Assembly: GCF_963921235.1 (NCBI RefSeq)
Contig: NC_086100.1
Span: forward strand, 42,036,001-42,100,000
Direction of reading: 5' to 3'
DNA: 64,000 nucleotides
From: Mobula hypostoma
Taxonomy: Eukaryota
Under the pieces are notes generated by a model. It was not told the DNA's origin, did no database searches, and saw only the letters and a program-made list of their open reading frames with translations. Made by a program: the position numbers and the translations under genes. Of this stretch, positions 24,841 to 39,571 are shown in pieces (within the stretch, counting starts at the first letter, position 1; each line of letters opens with the position of its first letter).

Positions 24841-27133
24841 TTGAATCTTGGTTCTATTATACTTGGAGTATCATGTATAGTTTTGGTTGTCATTTTCCAT
24901 TGAGTGGGTTACATTTGTTTGCATATCCAATAACATACTCGCAGCTCTGTGGCAGAAAATGATTACTAGACAGAGAGAGGAAAGGTCTCAAAGATGTGCT
25001 CAAAGTATCCTTGAAATTGTGTGATATTCCCAATGATTCTTGGGAATTTTGAGGCCATGACTGCTCAAAATGGAAAAGAAGTATTCACAGTATCATTGAG
25101 AGCTTCCAGTCTATGCATTGAAAGTGCACGGAAGTCCTGCATAAATAGCAGAAAGAATGTGGTATCTTGATGTAAGGGAACAGGCTTAGATTGACATGAT
25201 ATTTATCCAGTGGTTGGCTATTTGCAGCATGCCACTGGAACAGAAACAGTTTGGCGCATCGTTGAATGTAAGTATACATCAATAAGTTTTGTGTAAAAAT
25301 TATCTTTTCGGAATTTATCCTGGGAATTGCCACAGAGAACAAAGTGAGTCAAGTTCTTGAAAGGAGACTAACTCATTTCATGGAAATTAGATAAACACCT
25401 GAGAAAGAAAGAATCTGTCTTATTTCTTACTTTTTTAAATGCACAATTTGAACTTGAGATCAGCCTGATTTGTCAATCTTTCTTCTGCCAGATATGTGCC
25501 ATTACAAAAAGAAAGCAGGAAGACATTTTTTTCTTACAATTTTGGTGGAATTACATTGTGTGACATGCGTTTTTTTACTCCATTTCATGGAAGTTGACTG
25601 TAAACCATATCGGTAACCAATTAACAATTATATTGATTAGTTAGAGGAACAGCATTAATCTATATTTATGGTCACTATCGAAAAGCATCAAAACTACAAC
25701 TTCTTTGCCAATTCCTGAGCACCCTGACCATTGAAGCATTTTGCTTAAATTTTATTTGACAACTGAAAAATGAATTAATGACCTGAATCCTGGATCTATA
25801 GCCCAGACTATTAAGATGTCGCTCAAAAGATTATAAATGATTCACACAAATTGATTCCAGCTTTTGACTCAAATGAAAATGCTAATCAAAGCTGATTGCT
25901 ACAAAAATATCTTGTGGATATTTGAATTGAATGCAATGGACAAACACATTGATCTGATTTAAATAATCTTAATATAGCATAACATCAAAGGTGATGAAAT
26001 TACAATATTCCTCTTAAAACATTGAAGATTAGCAAACCTTTTTAGTGTGTTTTACATGTTTTAGTTGTCTGCACAGAAATGAGAAAACTGAATAATTGCC
26101 TTCTCTCAAAGTGGGTTTGAAATATTTGGCTTTAGTCCATTGGATGGTGCTTTTTCTTTATGGTTACAGATTTATCTTTCCTTAAGATTGATGACTACAT
26201 TAAAGAATGTGCTGTATTTTACTCAGAAAATTAATACAATACTTTCAATAGATTTATTGAAGTACCCAGAAAAAGCTTTACATGAAATGCATTAGTCAAG
26301 TAAGAAATGTTCTAAAATAGTGCTTTATTGCATCATTTTTAAATATCTCAGTGTGCTTCACAAAGAATATATTCCTGTATGTCAATTATTCCAAAGATAA
26401 ATGAGTGGTGCTGTCAAAAGTCACTAATAAGCGAAAGGAGCATAGATACAAAGTACTATATAGACCAAAACAAACTTTTAAAATTCTGAATACAGACATT
26501 TTATAAATATACAAAGTAAAGCTTTAAAGTTCAAAGTAAAATTAAGCAAGTACACACATGCCACCACATAGATCTCTGAGATTTGCAGAGATCTGCTGAT
26601 GTGTACCAGTGCCATCTTAGACAATATTTGACAAATATACAATAAAAAAATAAAGGTTATAGGGAACTTTATGCATTATTTGGATGCATAGCCTTGATAG
26701 ACGTACCTCTGGAAGAACCCAGTGGTTCATGCAGCCTCGATGGAGGCAAAAGGATGTTGAATGTTTTGAGTCGAGTTGCATCAGGATTGATAGTGCAGAG
26801 GGAAGATAGGCAATAAATGTCTTGGGTAAGTTTATTAAATTACTGCTATTGTTAAACTGATAGGTTTGGATGGGTGAATGATTTTCTTTGTTAGCAAGGC
26901 TCAAAAATACACTAATTTGTTTGCTTTCTATTCTCATTCACAACAGCCATAATTCAGTCTCTCCTTCATGTTACAATTCTAGTAGATCTACCATATTACT
27001 GCTAAACTAAAGGAAATTATTATTGCTTAGTGAGAATAGGTGCAATCGTTCAGAGAAGTTCTTCCCTTAAATTTCTATCAAAACCTTTCCCCTAAACTAA
27101 TATTTTGTTGAGTGCATAATATCATTGCCTTTC

Positions 27134-27930
27134 TGAGACACTGCTCCTTGAAGATGTCCTGGGCACTTGCAGGCTAGTACCCCAGATGGAGCCAACTAGA
27201 TATACGACCCTTTGCAGCTTCTTTTGGTCCTGTGCAGTAGCCACCCCCACCCCCACCCACCATACCAGTGATGCAGCCTGTCAGAATGCTCTCCACAGTA
27301 CATCTATAAAAGTTTTTGAGTGTTTTTGTTGACATACCAAATCTCTTCAAACTTGTAATGAAGTATAATCGCTGTCTTGTCTTCTTTATAGCTGCATCAA
27401 TATGTTGGGACCAGGTTAGATCCTCAGAGATCTTGACACCCAGGAACCTTGAAACTGCTCACTCTCTCCACTTCTGATCCCTCTATGAGAATTGGTATGT
27501 GTTCCTTCGTCTTACCCTTCCTGAAGTCCACAATCAGCTCTTTTATCTTACTGGTGTTGAGTGCAAGGTTATTGCTGTGACGCCACTCCACTAGTTGGTA
27601 TATCCCACCCCTGTACGCCTTCTTGTCTCCATCTGAGATTCTACCATAAAGGTTGTATCATCAGCAAACTTATAGATGGTATTTGAGCTACGCCTCGCCA
27701 CACAGTCATGGGTATAGAGAAAGTAGAACAGTGGGCTGAGCACACACCCCTGAGGTGCACCAGTGTTGATTGTCAGCAAGGAGGAGATATCGTCACCAAT
27801 CCACACAGATTGTAGTCTTCCGGTTAGCAAGTCAAGGATCCAATTGCAGAGGGAGGTACAGAAGCCCAGTTCTGTAACTTATTAATTAGGATTGTGGGAA
27901 TACAAACATGGGTGTTTGTATTGTCTAGGC
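27134..27930 (-). mobile_element. Rex1/Babar-like LINE RT fragment
   Basis: ORF 27591-27830: [12 protein letters not shown]...YTHDC......YKFADDTT. Confidence 0.8.
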
Positions 27931-28230
27931 ATTTCTTATAGTAGGAGAGTCTAGGACCAGAGGGCACAGCTCAGAGTTGAAGGATGCCTTTAGAACAGAG
28001 ATGAGGAAGAATTTCTTTAGCCAGTGGGTGGTGAATCTGTGGATTTCATTGCCACAGATAGCTGTGGAGACTATTGGATAGATTTAATGCAGAGGTTGAT
28101 AAGTTCTTGATTAGTAAGGACATCAAATTTTACGGTGAGAAGGCAGGAGAATGGGGTTGAGAGAGATAATAATCAGGCATGATGGAATGGCAGAGCAGAC
28201 TCAAAAGGCCAAATTGCCTAATTCTGCTTT
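27930..28230 (+). mobile_element. CR1 3' end; its tail resumes at 28854 after a MITE insertion
   Basis: agagatgaggaagaatttctttagccag..ggtggtgaatctgtgg and gcagactcaaaaggccaaattgcctaattctgct, continuing as ctactcctatggtttatgg. Confidence 0.7.
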
Positions 28231-28853
28231 CAACATTCCCTCTAATTTTTTTTACAACTGTGCAGACTAACCATTGCACTAAGCAAGAAATTTTTACACT
28301 GCCTGAAAACTGCTGTTTTTTTTTGTTTTGTAATAAATATTTTTTATCTTGTACCAACAATTTTTAAAATTTAAACATTCTTATTAAATCAAGATTTTGT
28401 TGAAAGATTACTTAACAATAAGTCAGAATATAGAATTTTTTACTTCAAACAAACACAAACCACAATGCACAACACAAGTAAATGACATTGGGCATTTAAA
28501 ACAACTGATAGGCGCAATGGCAAAAATAAAATGTTTTGACTAGCTGGCGTCAGTGTTCAGTGGGGTGGTGGTTTATTAATAATGAGCTACAGACTTCCAT
28601 TTGTAACGGTGTTGTAACTTGAAACACTGATACTGTAAATATGTCACAGCTCTAAAATGTTTCAAAGTAAAGGTCGTGTATATTTATTATTTGGAAAATC
28701 TATGGATTATATTCATTAGCACACAATTACGGGGCATTTTACAATGATTATAGCATAGCTTCAAATTCTATTTGTGCAATAACAAAGGCTACACGCATGG
28801 GAGCATTTCAGTTACCGCATGGCCTGTACCTGCGCAGCTTAGCGGGAACAGTG
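28231..28853. mobile_element. hAT-like MITE inserted in the CR1 tail
   Basis: Imperfect TIRs caacattccctctaa versus reverse complement cactgttcccgctaa; degenerate TSD ctgcttt/ctactcc. Confidence 0.5.
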
Positions 28854-30701
28854 CTACTCCTATGGTTTATGGTGTTAAGTCTTTTATCAGAACTGAGGAT
28901 TCCTATAAATTAGAGTGCCAAGTACCACAGTGACTTGGAGAAAATCTGCTTTGTTCTTGCAGTGTATTGTGGATTTCTTCGCCTTCAAAGTGCTTTGGCA
29001 ATGATATCCACATCCCTTGAATAAATACATTGGAAAAAATTATGCTGAAGCAACTTTGCTGTTTATCCTTTTCCATTCTGAGCATGAAATTTTAAAAAGT
29101 ATTTAAATAGTATGTCTTGCATCATCAAAATGTCCCAAAGTTCCTTGTGGTCAATAAGAATTGTCACTGTTCTTTTGTAGGCAATTGCAGTCCCAAATTG
29201 TATCTGATATCTAGCTTGTAGGGTGAAGTCCAAAAGTATACACAGTATCCCTCAGAAGTCTTGTTAAGGTTTTTCATTGCCTCATATTACCATGTGATTT
29301 TTCTATCCTATTCCTCTTCTGACAAAAACTAAAATTCCATTATTTTTGTTAATACAATTGTTATCAGTTTTAGATGTTTCATCTAATATTTTGTAAACAT
29401 ATATCCCCAAATCCCTCTGCTTTTTCCCAACAGAGTCTGCTTCCACAAATTGTACAGTTAGTGCTGGTTGCTTATTATCAAAATATATTCCCTTTAGGTC
29501 TATTTCTAAATCATCGATATACACAGTGCATAGAAATAGTCCGGTGTTGAAATCTGTGAGACTAACTGATCACTCCAATGAATATCTGTAATTAATTATA
29601 ATCTCCATAATCAACATTTAATATAGTATGTTATTTCCTTTCTAATTCCATAACCCTGCTTGAAGAACTGTTTACATGTTGCAGGAGTTCTTATTTCCTT
29701 TTCCAATTAGCTCCCTCTCAGTTCCAATTAGCAACAAAAATTTCCCAGAAAGAAAGTTTTGTTTTTTTCTGCTCATCTCAAAAATCTAGCTATTTTACAC
29801 AAGATCATTTAAGATTTATGTAATAGAAACAGGACATTTCGTTCAAACAATTCTTAAAAGCACTTGTGCAGGTAATAGAATCTGGAGTGACAAACGATCT
29901 GCCGAAGGAATTTAGCAGGCCCTGATGGAGGGTTTCAATCTGAGATGTTAACAATCCCTTACTTCCAGTGGATTATTTCTATCAGGAATATCACCTTTAC
30001 TCTTTTCTCTTTCACCCACTTATAAAGAATATTGGATATATATTTACACTCTTCTCTCAAATAACCTCCTCTTCTGGTAAGATGTACTCTTACCACACTA
30101 GGTGAAGCCATTTCTTCTGGTACCTTCCTTTAATTTCTTTAAAAAAAATCCTTGAATTGTTGCTCTCTGCTTTCCTTTTGTAATATGTTGTAAGCACTTA
30201 GCAGGTCAGTTTGCATGAGCAGTGAAAGAACCAATGGATCAGATGTTGCTGGTCATTGCTAAAAGTTCTGTGTACAAAATCTGACCTTTGCCCAACTTAA
30301 ATGCCTGCAAGGTCAAGACTCTATTACAAATGAGGAAGTCCAGAACCTGCAGCATGAGCTTTGTCGTGAGGCTCCACAGGCTGTTGTCCAGAATAGGAAT
30401 ATCCTGAGATTACAGATTAGATCTGGTGCAATAGAAATGAACCACTTCATTTTAGTGTTCGTTGTTGGGCTGTTTGAAAGGAACGTTAAAAAGAACGTTA
30501 AATGGAACCTTATTATATTTTTAATAATTTTGAGTAGTCTTGTTTATGCAACAGTTAGGATGTTTGGATAGAAAGGAATTACAAAGAAAATGAATATTGG
30601 CCTTTATTACAAGAAAGAAGGTGTATAATTGAAAAAAAGGTTACAGAAATGTGGAAGACAGTGGTGCCACATGCATACAGTTTTGGTCTCCTTTTTTAAG
30701 A

Positions 30702-31425
30702 ATAGTCATAGTCATAGTCATACTTTATTGATCCGGGGGGAAATTGGTTTTCATTACAGTTGCACCATAAATAATAAATAGTAATAGAACCATAAATAGT
30801 TAAATAGTAATATGTAAATTATGCCAGTAAATTATGAAATAAGTCCAGGACCAGCCTATTGGCTCAGGGTGTCTAACCCTCCAAGGGAGGAGTTGTAAAG
30901 TTTGATGGCCACAGGCAGGAATGACTTCCTATGACGCTCTGTGCTGCATCTCGATGGAATGAGTCTCTAGCTGAATGTACTCCTGTGCCCACCCAGTACA
31001 TTATGTAGTGGATGGGAGACATTGACCAAGATGGCATGCAACTTAGACAGCATCCTCTTTTCAGACACCACCGTCAGAGAGTCCAGTTCCATCCCCACAA
31101 CATCATTGGCCTTACGAATGAGCTTGTTGATTCTGTTGGTGTCTGCTACCCTCAGCCTGCTGCCCCAGCACACAACAGCAAACAAGATAGCACTGGCCAC
31201 CACAGACTCGTAGAACGTCCTCAGCATCGTCCGGCAGATGTTAAAGGACCTCAGTCTCCTCAGGAAATAGAGACGGCTCTGTCCCTTCTTGTAGACAGCC
31301 TCAGTGTTCTTTGATCAGTCCAATTTATTGTCAATTTGTATCCCCAAGTATTTGTAATCATCTACCATGTCCACACTGACCCCCTGATACCTTTGGTCTC
31401 CTCAGGTCTACCACCAGCTCCTTTA
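30702..31425 (-). mobile_element. Rex1-type LINE 3' fragment (same family as 19484-20366)
   Basis: ORF 30967-31227 FYESVVASAILFAVVCWG; (gtcata)3 tail at ~30705-30722. Confidence 0.88.
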
Positions 31426-31713
31426 ACTTGAACTTGGAGGCAGTACAACGTCAGTTTAGCAAGTTGATTCTGACGATGAATGAGTTGCCTAATGAGAAAA
31501 AGTTGGATTTTTTTGGAGTGAGAGGTGGTTTGAAGGCTCTTGAAAATGTAGATGCAAAGATGTTTCTCCTCATGAGAACTGACAGCCAAATAGCGTAGTT
31601 TCAGAATAAGGAATTGGGCATTTCAGGCAAGGATAACAGAAATTTCCTCTCTCAAAGAGTTGTGAATCTTTGGAATTTGCTATCCAAGATAGTTGTGTAA
31701 AATGTATTGTTTA

Positions 31714-32640
31714 ATAGAAACATAGAAAAACCTACAGCACAATACAGGCCCTTCGGCCCACAGAGCTGTGCCAAACAGGGTCCTACCTTAGAACTACCTA
31801 AGCTCCATGTAGCCATCCAGGAGTCTCTTAAAAGACCCTATCGTTTCCGCCTCCACCACCGCTGCTGGCAGCCTATTCCACGCACTGACCACTCTCTGCG
31901 TAAAAAACTTACCCCTGATATCTCCCCTCTACCTGCTTCCAAGCACCTTAAAACTATGTCCTCTCCTGCTAGCCACTTCAGCCCCGGGGAAAAGCCTCTG
32001 ACTATCCACACGATCAATGCCTCTCGTTAACTTGTACACCTCTATCAGGACACCTCTCATCCTCCGTCGCTCCAAGGAGAAAAGGCCGAGTTCACTCAAC
32101 CTATTCTCATAAGGCATGCTCCCCAATCCAGACAACATCCTTGTAAATCTCCTCTGCACCCTTTCTATAGTTTCCACGTCCTTCCTGTAGTGAGGCGACC
32201 AGAATTGAGCACAGTACTCCAAGTGGGGTCTGACCAGAGTCCTTTATAGCTGCAACATTACCGCTCTGCTTTTAAACTCAATCCCATGATTGATGAAGGT
32301 CAATGCACTGTATGCCTTCTTAACCAGAGTCAACCTGCGTAGCAGCTTTGAGTGTCCTATGGACTCAGACCCCAAGATCCCTCTGATCCTCCACACTGCC
32401 AAGAGTCTTACCATTAATACAATATTCTGCCATCATATTTGACCTACCAAAATCAACCACCTCACACTTCTCTGGTTTGAACTCCATCTGCCACTTCTCG
32501 GGCCAGTTTTGCATCCTATCAATGTCCTGTTGTGACCTCTGACAGCCCTCTACACTATCCACAACACCCTCAACCTTTGTGTCATCAGCAAATTTACTAA
32601 CCCATCCATCCAGGTCATTTATAAAAGTCGCAAGAGTAAT
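31714..32640 (-). mobile_element. CR1 LINE 3' fragment
   Basis: [40 protein letters not shown]. Confidence 0.88.
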
Positions 32641-33795
32641 GTATTGTTTAATGTACTCACTATTGAGATAAATACTCTTTGGTCTACAGTGCAATCAAGG
32701 GTTATGGGGAACATGCAGGAAAGCAGAGGTGAAACCAATATCAGTTAAATTACAACCACATTAAATTGCAAAGCAAGTTCAAGGAGCTGTATGGTTTATT
32801 CCTACTCCTAACTCTTTCAACATACTAGAGACCTATGCTCAATCCCATAAAATAAACTTTTCTCTCATCTGGTACCTCAGCTTTAATCATGCTTGCGTCC
32901 TTCTTAGTTTTTAAATCAGGTTCCAGTTAGTCATTATTCACTCAATGTTACGTTATTTTTAGTTCTCCTTTGTATTTTATTTCTTTTTCCCATTAATCCA
33001 GTAACAAACTTCCTATAGTTGGACATTAAATATTTATTTACATATCAAACACAAGTTTGGCAACAACTAAATAATTATGTTGATTTCTGGGTGTCCCACT
33101 CTGGGAAAGATGTGACTGTTTTTAAGAGGATATAGAAGCAATATAACAAAATCATTCTACTATTGAGGGGTTTTAGTTTCATGGATAAGTTATTCAAAAG
33201 AAAGCTAGCTAGGTATCTGATAAGAGAATTCGGCAGCCTTTGGGGAGGGGGACATTGGGGTAGGAATATCTTGATTACGCTTATATAGATTTGACACAGA
33301 TCCAACGGCCACTTTCTATGCTGTAAAAAAATCTGTCATTCTTAATAACTGTCTCTTCCAGTTTGTTCGATAGATTTTTGAGATGCTATTTCTTAAGTTT
33401 ACATTGGGCTTCATCAGAGCAATAAGCAAAGGAACAGCATTTCATCATCCATCAAGGTATGTTGCAACCTGAGACTTAAATTGTAAGTTGAGACTCAATT
33501 TTGAATTCAATAATTTCAAATTACTAACCTTTCTATAGTAAGGCCATAAATTGTCACATCAGCTCAGCTGATGTTGTTTTATCCACTGAATGTCTCTTTT
33601 ATTTCAAAGTTCCAGCAGGTGCTGTGTTCTGCATTTCACAGTTCCAGCATGTTGGATTTTTCAACTCCAATTACATGCCTGCAGACAGATCAGTTGTGAT
33701 TAATTAGCATTTATTCCCCTCTCTGTGAAGACTCTGAAAACAATTGTTTCTTTTGAACAATCTTGCATTCAATCTAACCCTCTACATTTAATCCA

Positions 33796-33954
33796 AGAGA
33801 GACTTCAAGCTCTGGAAATCTGGAGCAACACTCACAAAGTGCTGAGGAACTTGGCAAATTAGGCAGCATCCATGGTGCCAAATGTCAACTGTTAACCTCC
33901 TTTCATAGATGCTGCCTGACTTGCTGAGCTCCAGCATTTTGTGTGTGTTGCTCC
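33796..33954. mobile_element. Older fold-back Penelope pLTR mini-insertion
   Basis: Inverted arms ggagcaacactcacaaagtgctg...aggcagcatc and gatgctgcct...cagcattttgtgtgtgttgctcc; flanks tctacatttaa/tttatatttaa resemble a decayed TSD. Confidence 0.6.
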
Positions 33955-35810
33955 TTTATATTTAACCATTATTGACACCCTATCACAGATATTCCCTTTG
34001 TTCATTCAAGCATTCATCTCTCACCACCCACTCTATACAATTCAAAACATGTTCGTATTCTCATTTTTCCAGTCCTGATTAAGGTCATTGACCTGAAGTT
34101 CACCTGTCATGCTGAATATCCAATCCTTTTCTCTTTTCCTTCATGTTAGAAAGCACTAATATAGTCTATTGACTATAATATCTCAATAACATTAGATAAA
34201 GAAGCAAGGAAGGAGGTTCAGTTTGAGCATAAATGTTGGCATTAATCATTTGAGCCATTTGATTTATGTCTGTGCTGTGGGTTCTGTAATTTTGAGGCTA
34301 GTTCCTTTTTATTGTTAGCTCAAGGAAATAGATAATGTGTATTGTAGGAAATCCATCATCAGCTCTTTACATGGTTCATTTATTATAACGCTATATGTTC
34401 CTGTGTCATGAAATCTATGTAAGTATTAACTAACAATGAATCCAAAGTCAGTTGTGACACCGTCTTTGAATGAATGCCATCCATGGATTCATAGGTGAAG
34501 AACATAAAGTTACAGAAAAGGTACAACAATTTGTGGAACCTGACTGATATGTTAATTTCTTATGAAAGGGAACATTTCATAACCAATTTCCCCCTGGGAT
34601 CAATAAAGTATGACTAAAGCTAAAACTAAAACAAAAAAATTGGGAGAAAATGCTCTATACTCTATAATTAACCAGTTATCACAATTATAATATTTGTTCC
34701 ATTTGGAACAAAAATCTATTTAAAATATGTGTGAAATGTTTGTATAAAATCACAAGCCTGTTTCTCAACACATTTAAAATGACCCCAGATCATTAGTATG
34801 CTCTTTTAAAATTTTTCATTATTTACACAGCAAACCATTTATAATACGCGGTATTTGGGACTACTAAGAGTTAATGATGGACATTAGAATTTTTAATGTT
34901 TAAAAGAGGGATCTGGCAATCATATAGCATAAACATAATTCTACAGAAAATGAAACTATGTCATGGTTCTTTATCAGAGATTAATAAAAAGATTTGCCCA
35001 GGTTTAAGAGATTTGTAAGGGCTCAAGTTTAGAAAGCTGATGCCACCAATTCTGAAATATTCAGAACTGTCACCATACAAAGTGGGGATTTCAAAATTGC
35101 ACAAAAATAATTATACAAAATAAATTTTCAGAACCATTGCTTGGCAAGTCACAACTTTTCTAAAATATAGTTATAAAATGCATACTTTTATTACAAATAT
35201 ATTAGATTACTACATTCATCTTCAAAGCTAATTCACTTGTTCACATCAAGTCTCTTGAGTCTGTTTAGAATGTGGATTACAAATACATTCCTGTGATATG
35301 AAAATCAGTTTGTGTCCACTATCAACTAATGAAAATATTTTCTTCAAATATGCCCCTTCATTGTACCACATGTCCTGTAAACTTAATTATTATTACATGC
35401 AAAATGTTCTTTCATATAAGTAGCAGATATAACTAAGGATTTGGTAAAATATTAACAGTATTTGAAGAGTAATTTTTCAGTAAATACAAATGGAAAAAGA
35501 ATAAACAATGCACGCAGTCCTCAAGTTATGTAAAAGTTCTGTTCCTGACTACTGTCTGTAAGCCAATACCTCTGTACCAGAAATGTCCATTTTCTACAGC
35601 TACCCATTTTAGATTGCTCTAAATACACTTGATAGAAGTCTTTTATTTCACTGAATTATCAGCTAACACCACCCAAAGGAATACATATTATACTCAGTCA
35701 TTAATGAATAACATGAACCATTTTATTATTACCGCACCATTTTGAAAAATGCTTTTAAAATGTAGGGGGAAATTTGCATAAAGTGAGATTTCCATAAGTC
35801 AGGTTATACA

Positions 35811-36705
35811 TGTGACAAGAATACACATAGATTAAGATGTTAGCTGTCCTGTGCTGGCACCAGTGGGGATCAGCAGTTGGTCTGCCACCTGTCTTCAGGA
35901 GAGAGAGAGAGATAAGGAAAACAATGGAGCAGCATTTGGAGATGTTAATGAAGGGACGGGAGAGTCTAACAGAAGGAGAGCTGTCAAGATCGGCTCCCCC
36001 TTTGAACCCTGAACTGTTTGAAGTGATGGACAGGCGATACCCCAGCAGGGGGATAAAAAGGGACAGGTTCGCTAAGGCAGGACACACACGACACCCGAGG
36101 TAACGAGACCCTGGAAGCGGTGCGTCTCTCACAAGTCGGTGGGAAGTTTTGGAAGGCCGGTTGCGGGACCAGGCCATAGCCGCACAGGGTGGAAAGGCAC
36201 GATCGGCGGGAACCTGGTGTGTGTCCACCCTTGCCTGGGTGCCGGGTTCACCGCAGGGAAACGATCGTATCTGGAAACGGAGGGGTCACGGTCGGTGACC
36301 TCAGATGACATCACAAAGGACTCGCCCGAAAGCTGACTGCGAAGGTCTGTGTGGAAGCCGTTTTTGAATATTCATTCGTTTTGCTCTCTCTCTCCTTCCC
36401 CCACACTGTCCATCGCCACGGCAGCGATTACTGCGAACTGAACTGAACTAAATTGAACTGAACTTTGCGTCACTTTGAAACTGGTCATTTACCCCTAGAC
36501 AATGATAGAGCTTGATTGATCCTGTTATCTTAATTCTGTGTACATGTATGTTTATCATTGCTGAACTGTTGCATTTATTATCCTTTTGATTAGAGTACTG
36601 TGTTGCTTGTTTCTTTAATAAAACTTTCTTAGTTCTAGTAATCCAGACTCCAACTGAGTGATCCATTTCTGCTGGTTTGGCAACCCAGTTACGGGGTACG
36701 TAACA
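35811..36705 (+). mobile_element. Solo LTR (895 bp), probably Gypsy-type
   Basis: Termini TGTGAC...GTAACA; 4-bp TSD TACA at 35807-35810 and 36706-36709; AATAAA at 36617-36622; CpG-rich interior in an AT-rich context. Confidence 0.85.
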
Positions 36706-36721
36706 TACATTACTCAGGATT

Positions 36722-39450
36722 CATAGAGTATTCGGCCCACAATGTTGTGCTGACCATGTAGCCTACTCTAGAAACTGCCTAGAATTTCCTTACTGCATAG
36801 CCCTCTATTTTTCTAAGCTCAATGTAGCTATCTAAGAGCCTCTTAAAAGATCCTATTGTATCTGCCTCCACCACCATCGCTGGCAGTGCATTTCACACAC
36901 CCACCACTCTGTGTGAAAAAAATTACTTCTGACATCCCCCTTGTACCTACTTCCAAGCACCTTAAAGCTAAGTCCTTGCGTGTTAGCCATTTCAGCCCGG
37001 GAAAAAGCCTCTGGCTATCCACACGATCAATACCTCTCATCATCTTATACATGTCTATCAGGTCACCTCTCATCCTCCATCACTCCAAGGAAAACAGGCC
37101 AAATTCACTTAACCTATTCTCATAAGGTACACCTTCCAATCCAGGCAACATCCTTGTAAATTTCCTCTGCACTCTCTCTATAGTATCCACATCCTTTCTG
37201 CAATGAGGTGACCAGAATTGAACACAGTACTCCACATGGGGCCTAACTAAGGTCTTGTATAGCTTTAACATCACCTCACAGCTCTTGAACTCAATCCCAC
37301 GGTTGATGAAGGCCATCACACCATACGCCTTCTCAACAATACTGTCAACCTACACAGCAGCTTTGAGTGTCCTATGGACATGGACCTCAAGATCTCTCTG
37401 ATCCTCCATATTGCCAAGAGTCTTACCATTAATAATATATTATTTCTTCAAATTTGACCTACCGAAATGAACCACTTCACACTTATCTGGGTTGAACTCC
37501 ATCTGCCATTTCTCAGCCCAGTCCTATTGATGTCCAGCTATAACCTCTGACAACTCTCCAAACTATCCACAACGCCCCCCCCCAACCTTTGTGTCATCAG
37601 CAAACTTACTAACCCACCCTTCTACTTCCTCATCCAGGTTATTTATAAAAGTCAGAAAGAGGTGGGGTCCCATAACAGATCCCTGCAGAACACCACTGGT
37701 CACCATCCTCCATGCAGAATACAACCATCTACAACCACCCTTTGCCTTCTGTGGGCAAGCCAATTCTCGATCCACAAAGCAAGGTCTCCTTGCATCCCAT
37801 GCTTCAGTACTTTCTGAAGGAATCTTACATGGGGAACCTTATCAAATCCCTTACTGAAATCCATATACACTACAGCCACTGTTTTGCCTTCATCAATGTG
37901 TTTTGTTACCTCCTCAAAGAATTCAAATAGGCTTGTAAGGCACAACCTACGCTTGACAAAGCCAATGCTGACTGACCATGCCTAATCCAATTATGTTTCT
38001 CCCAATGCTCATAAATTCTGCCTCTTAGGATCTTCTCCAACAACTTGCCTACCACTGAAGTAAGGCTCACTGGTCTATAATTTTCTGCGTTATCTCTACT
38101 ACCTTTCTTGAACAAGAGAACAACATTTGCAATCTTCCAATCCTCTGGTACTTCTCCCACCCCTATTGATAATGCAAAGATCATCGCCAGAGGCTCAGCA
38201 ATCTTCTCCCTCATTTTCCACAGTAGCCTGGGGTATATCTCGTCTGGTCCTAGAGACTTATCTAACAATACCTTTCAACAGCTCCAACACATCCTCTTTC
38301 TTAATGTCTATACACTCAAGCGTTTCCGTCTGTTGTAAGTCTTCCCCACAATTGCCAAAGTCCTTTACACTGGTGAACACTGAAGCAAAGTATTCATTAA
38401 ATACCTCTGCTGCCTCCTACGGCTCCATGCATGTTTCCACCATTGCTCCTGGTTGGTTCTATTCTCACACAGCTCATCCTCTTGCACTTCACAGACTTGT
38501 AGAATACCTTGGGGTTTTCCTTAATCCTGCTCACCAAGGCCTTCTTGTGGCCCCTTCTAGCTCTCCTAATTTAATTCTTGAGCTCTTTTCTGGCACTCTT
38601 GTAATTTTCTAGAGCTATAACAGTACCTAGTTTCTTGAACCTTTCATAAGCTTTTCTTCTCTTCTTAACTATATTTCTACATCCTTTGTACACCATGGTT
38701 CTTTAACTCTACCATCCTTTCCCTGCCTCAATGGAACATACCTATGCAGAATTCTATGCAAATGTTCCCTGAACATTTGCCACATTTCTGCCATGCATTT
38801 CCCTGAGAACATCTACTCCCAATTTCCTGCCTAATGGCATCATATTTCCTGCTGCCCCAATTAAATGTTTTCCCAAATTGTTTGCTCCTATCCCTCTCCA
38901 GCGTTATGGTAAAGGAGATAGGGTTGTGATCACTATTTCTAAAATGCTTTCCCACTGAGAGATCTGACACCTGCGACCAGGTTCATTTCCCAATACCAGA
39001 TCAAGTACAGACTCTCCTCTAGCTGGCTTATCTACATATTGCGTCAGTAAACCTTCCTGAACACACCTAACAAACTCCACCCCATCTGAACGCCTTGCTC
39101 TAAGGAGATGCCAGTCTATATGAGGAAAGTTAAAGTCACCCAACACAACAACCCTATTATTATTGCACCATTCCAGAAACTGCCTTTCTATCTGCTCCTT
39201 GATGTCTCTGTTACTGTTGGGGGGGGGGGGGTCTATAAAACACCTAGTAGAATTATTGCCCCCTTTCCTGTTTCTGACTTCCACCCACAATGACTCAGCA
39301 GACCATCCCTCCATGACTTCCTCCTTTTCTGCAGCCGTAATACTATCCCTGATTAGCAATGCCATGCCCCCATCGCTTTTGCCTCTCTTCCTGTGCCCCT
39401 TTTGAAACATTTGCCATATTCAGCAGCTATTTTTGCTCCTGAGTCTCCAT
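36722..39450 (-). mobile_element. CR1 LINE ORF2 (APE endonuclease and RT), decayed
   Basis: [89 protein letters not shown] across ORFs from 36843 to 39410. Confidence 0.92.
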
Positions 39451-39571
39451 AATGGCCACATTATCTTTCTATATTGAAAATACTCATCCTGTCAACAAAA
39501 TCCTGTGTAAGAGAAACAAAGTTATCTCAGATCAGTGATTCTATATCAGAACATACAAGAAAAAGGCTGTT

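Noticed and set aside
35755-36336. ORFs of 61-157 aa as genes
   Set aside because: They lie within or across the solo LTR and show no protein motifs.
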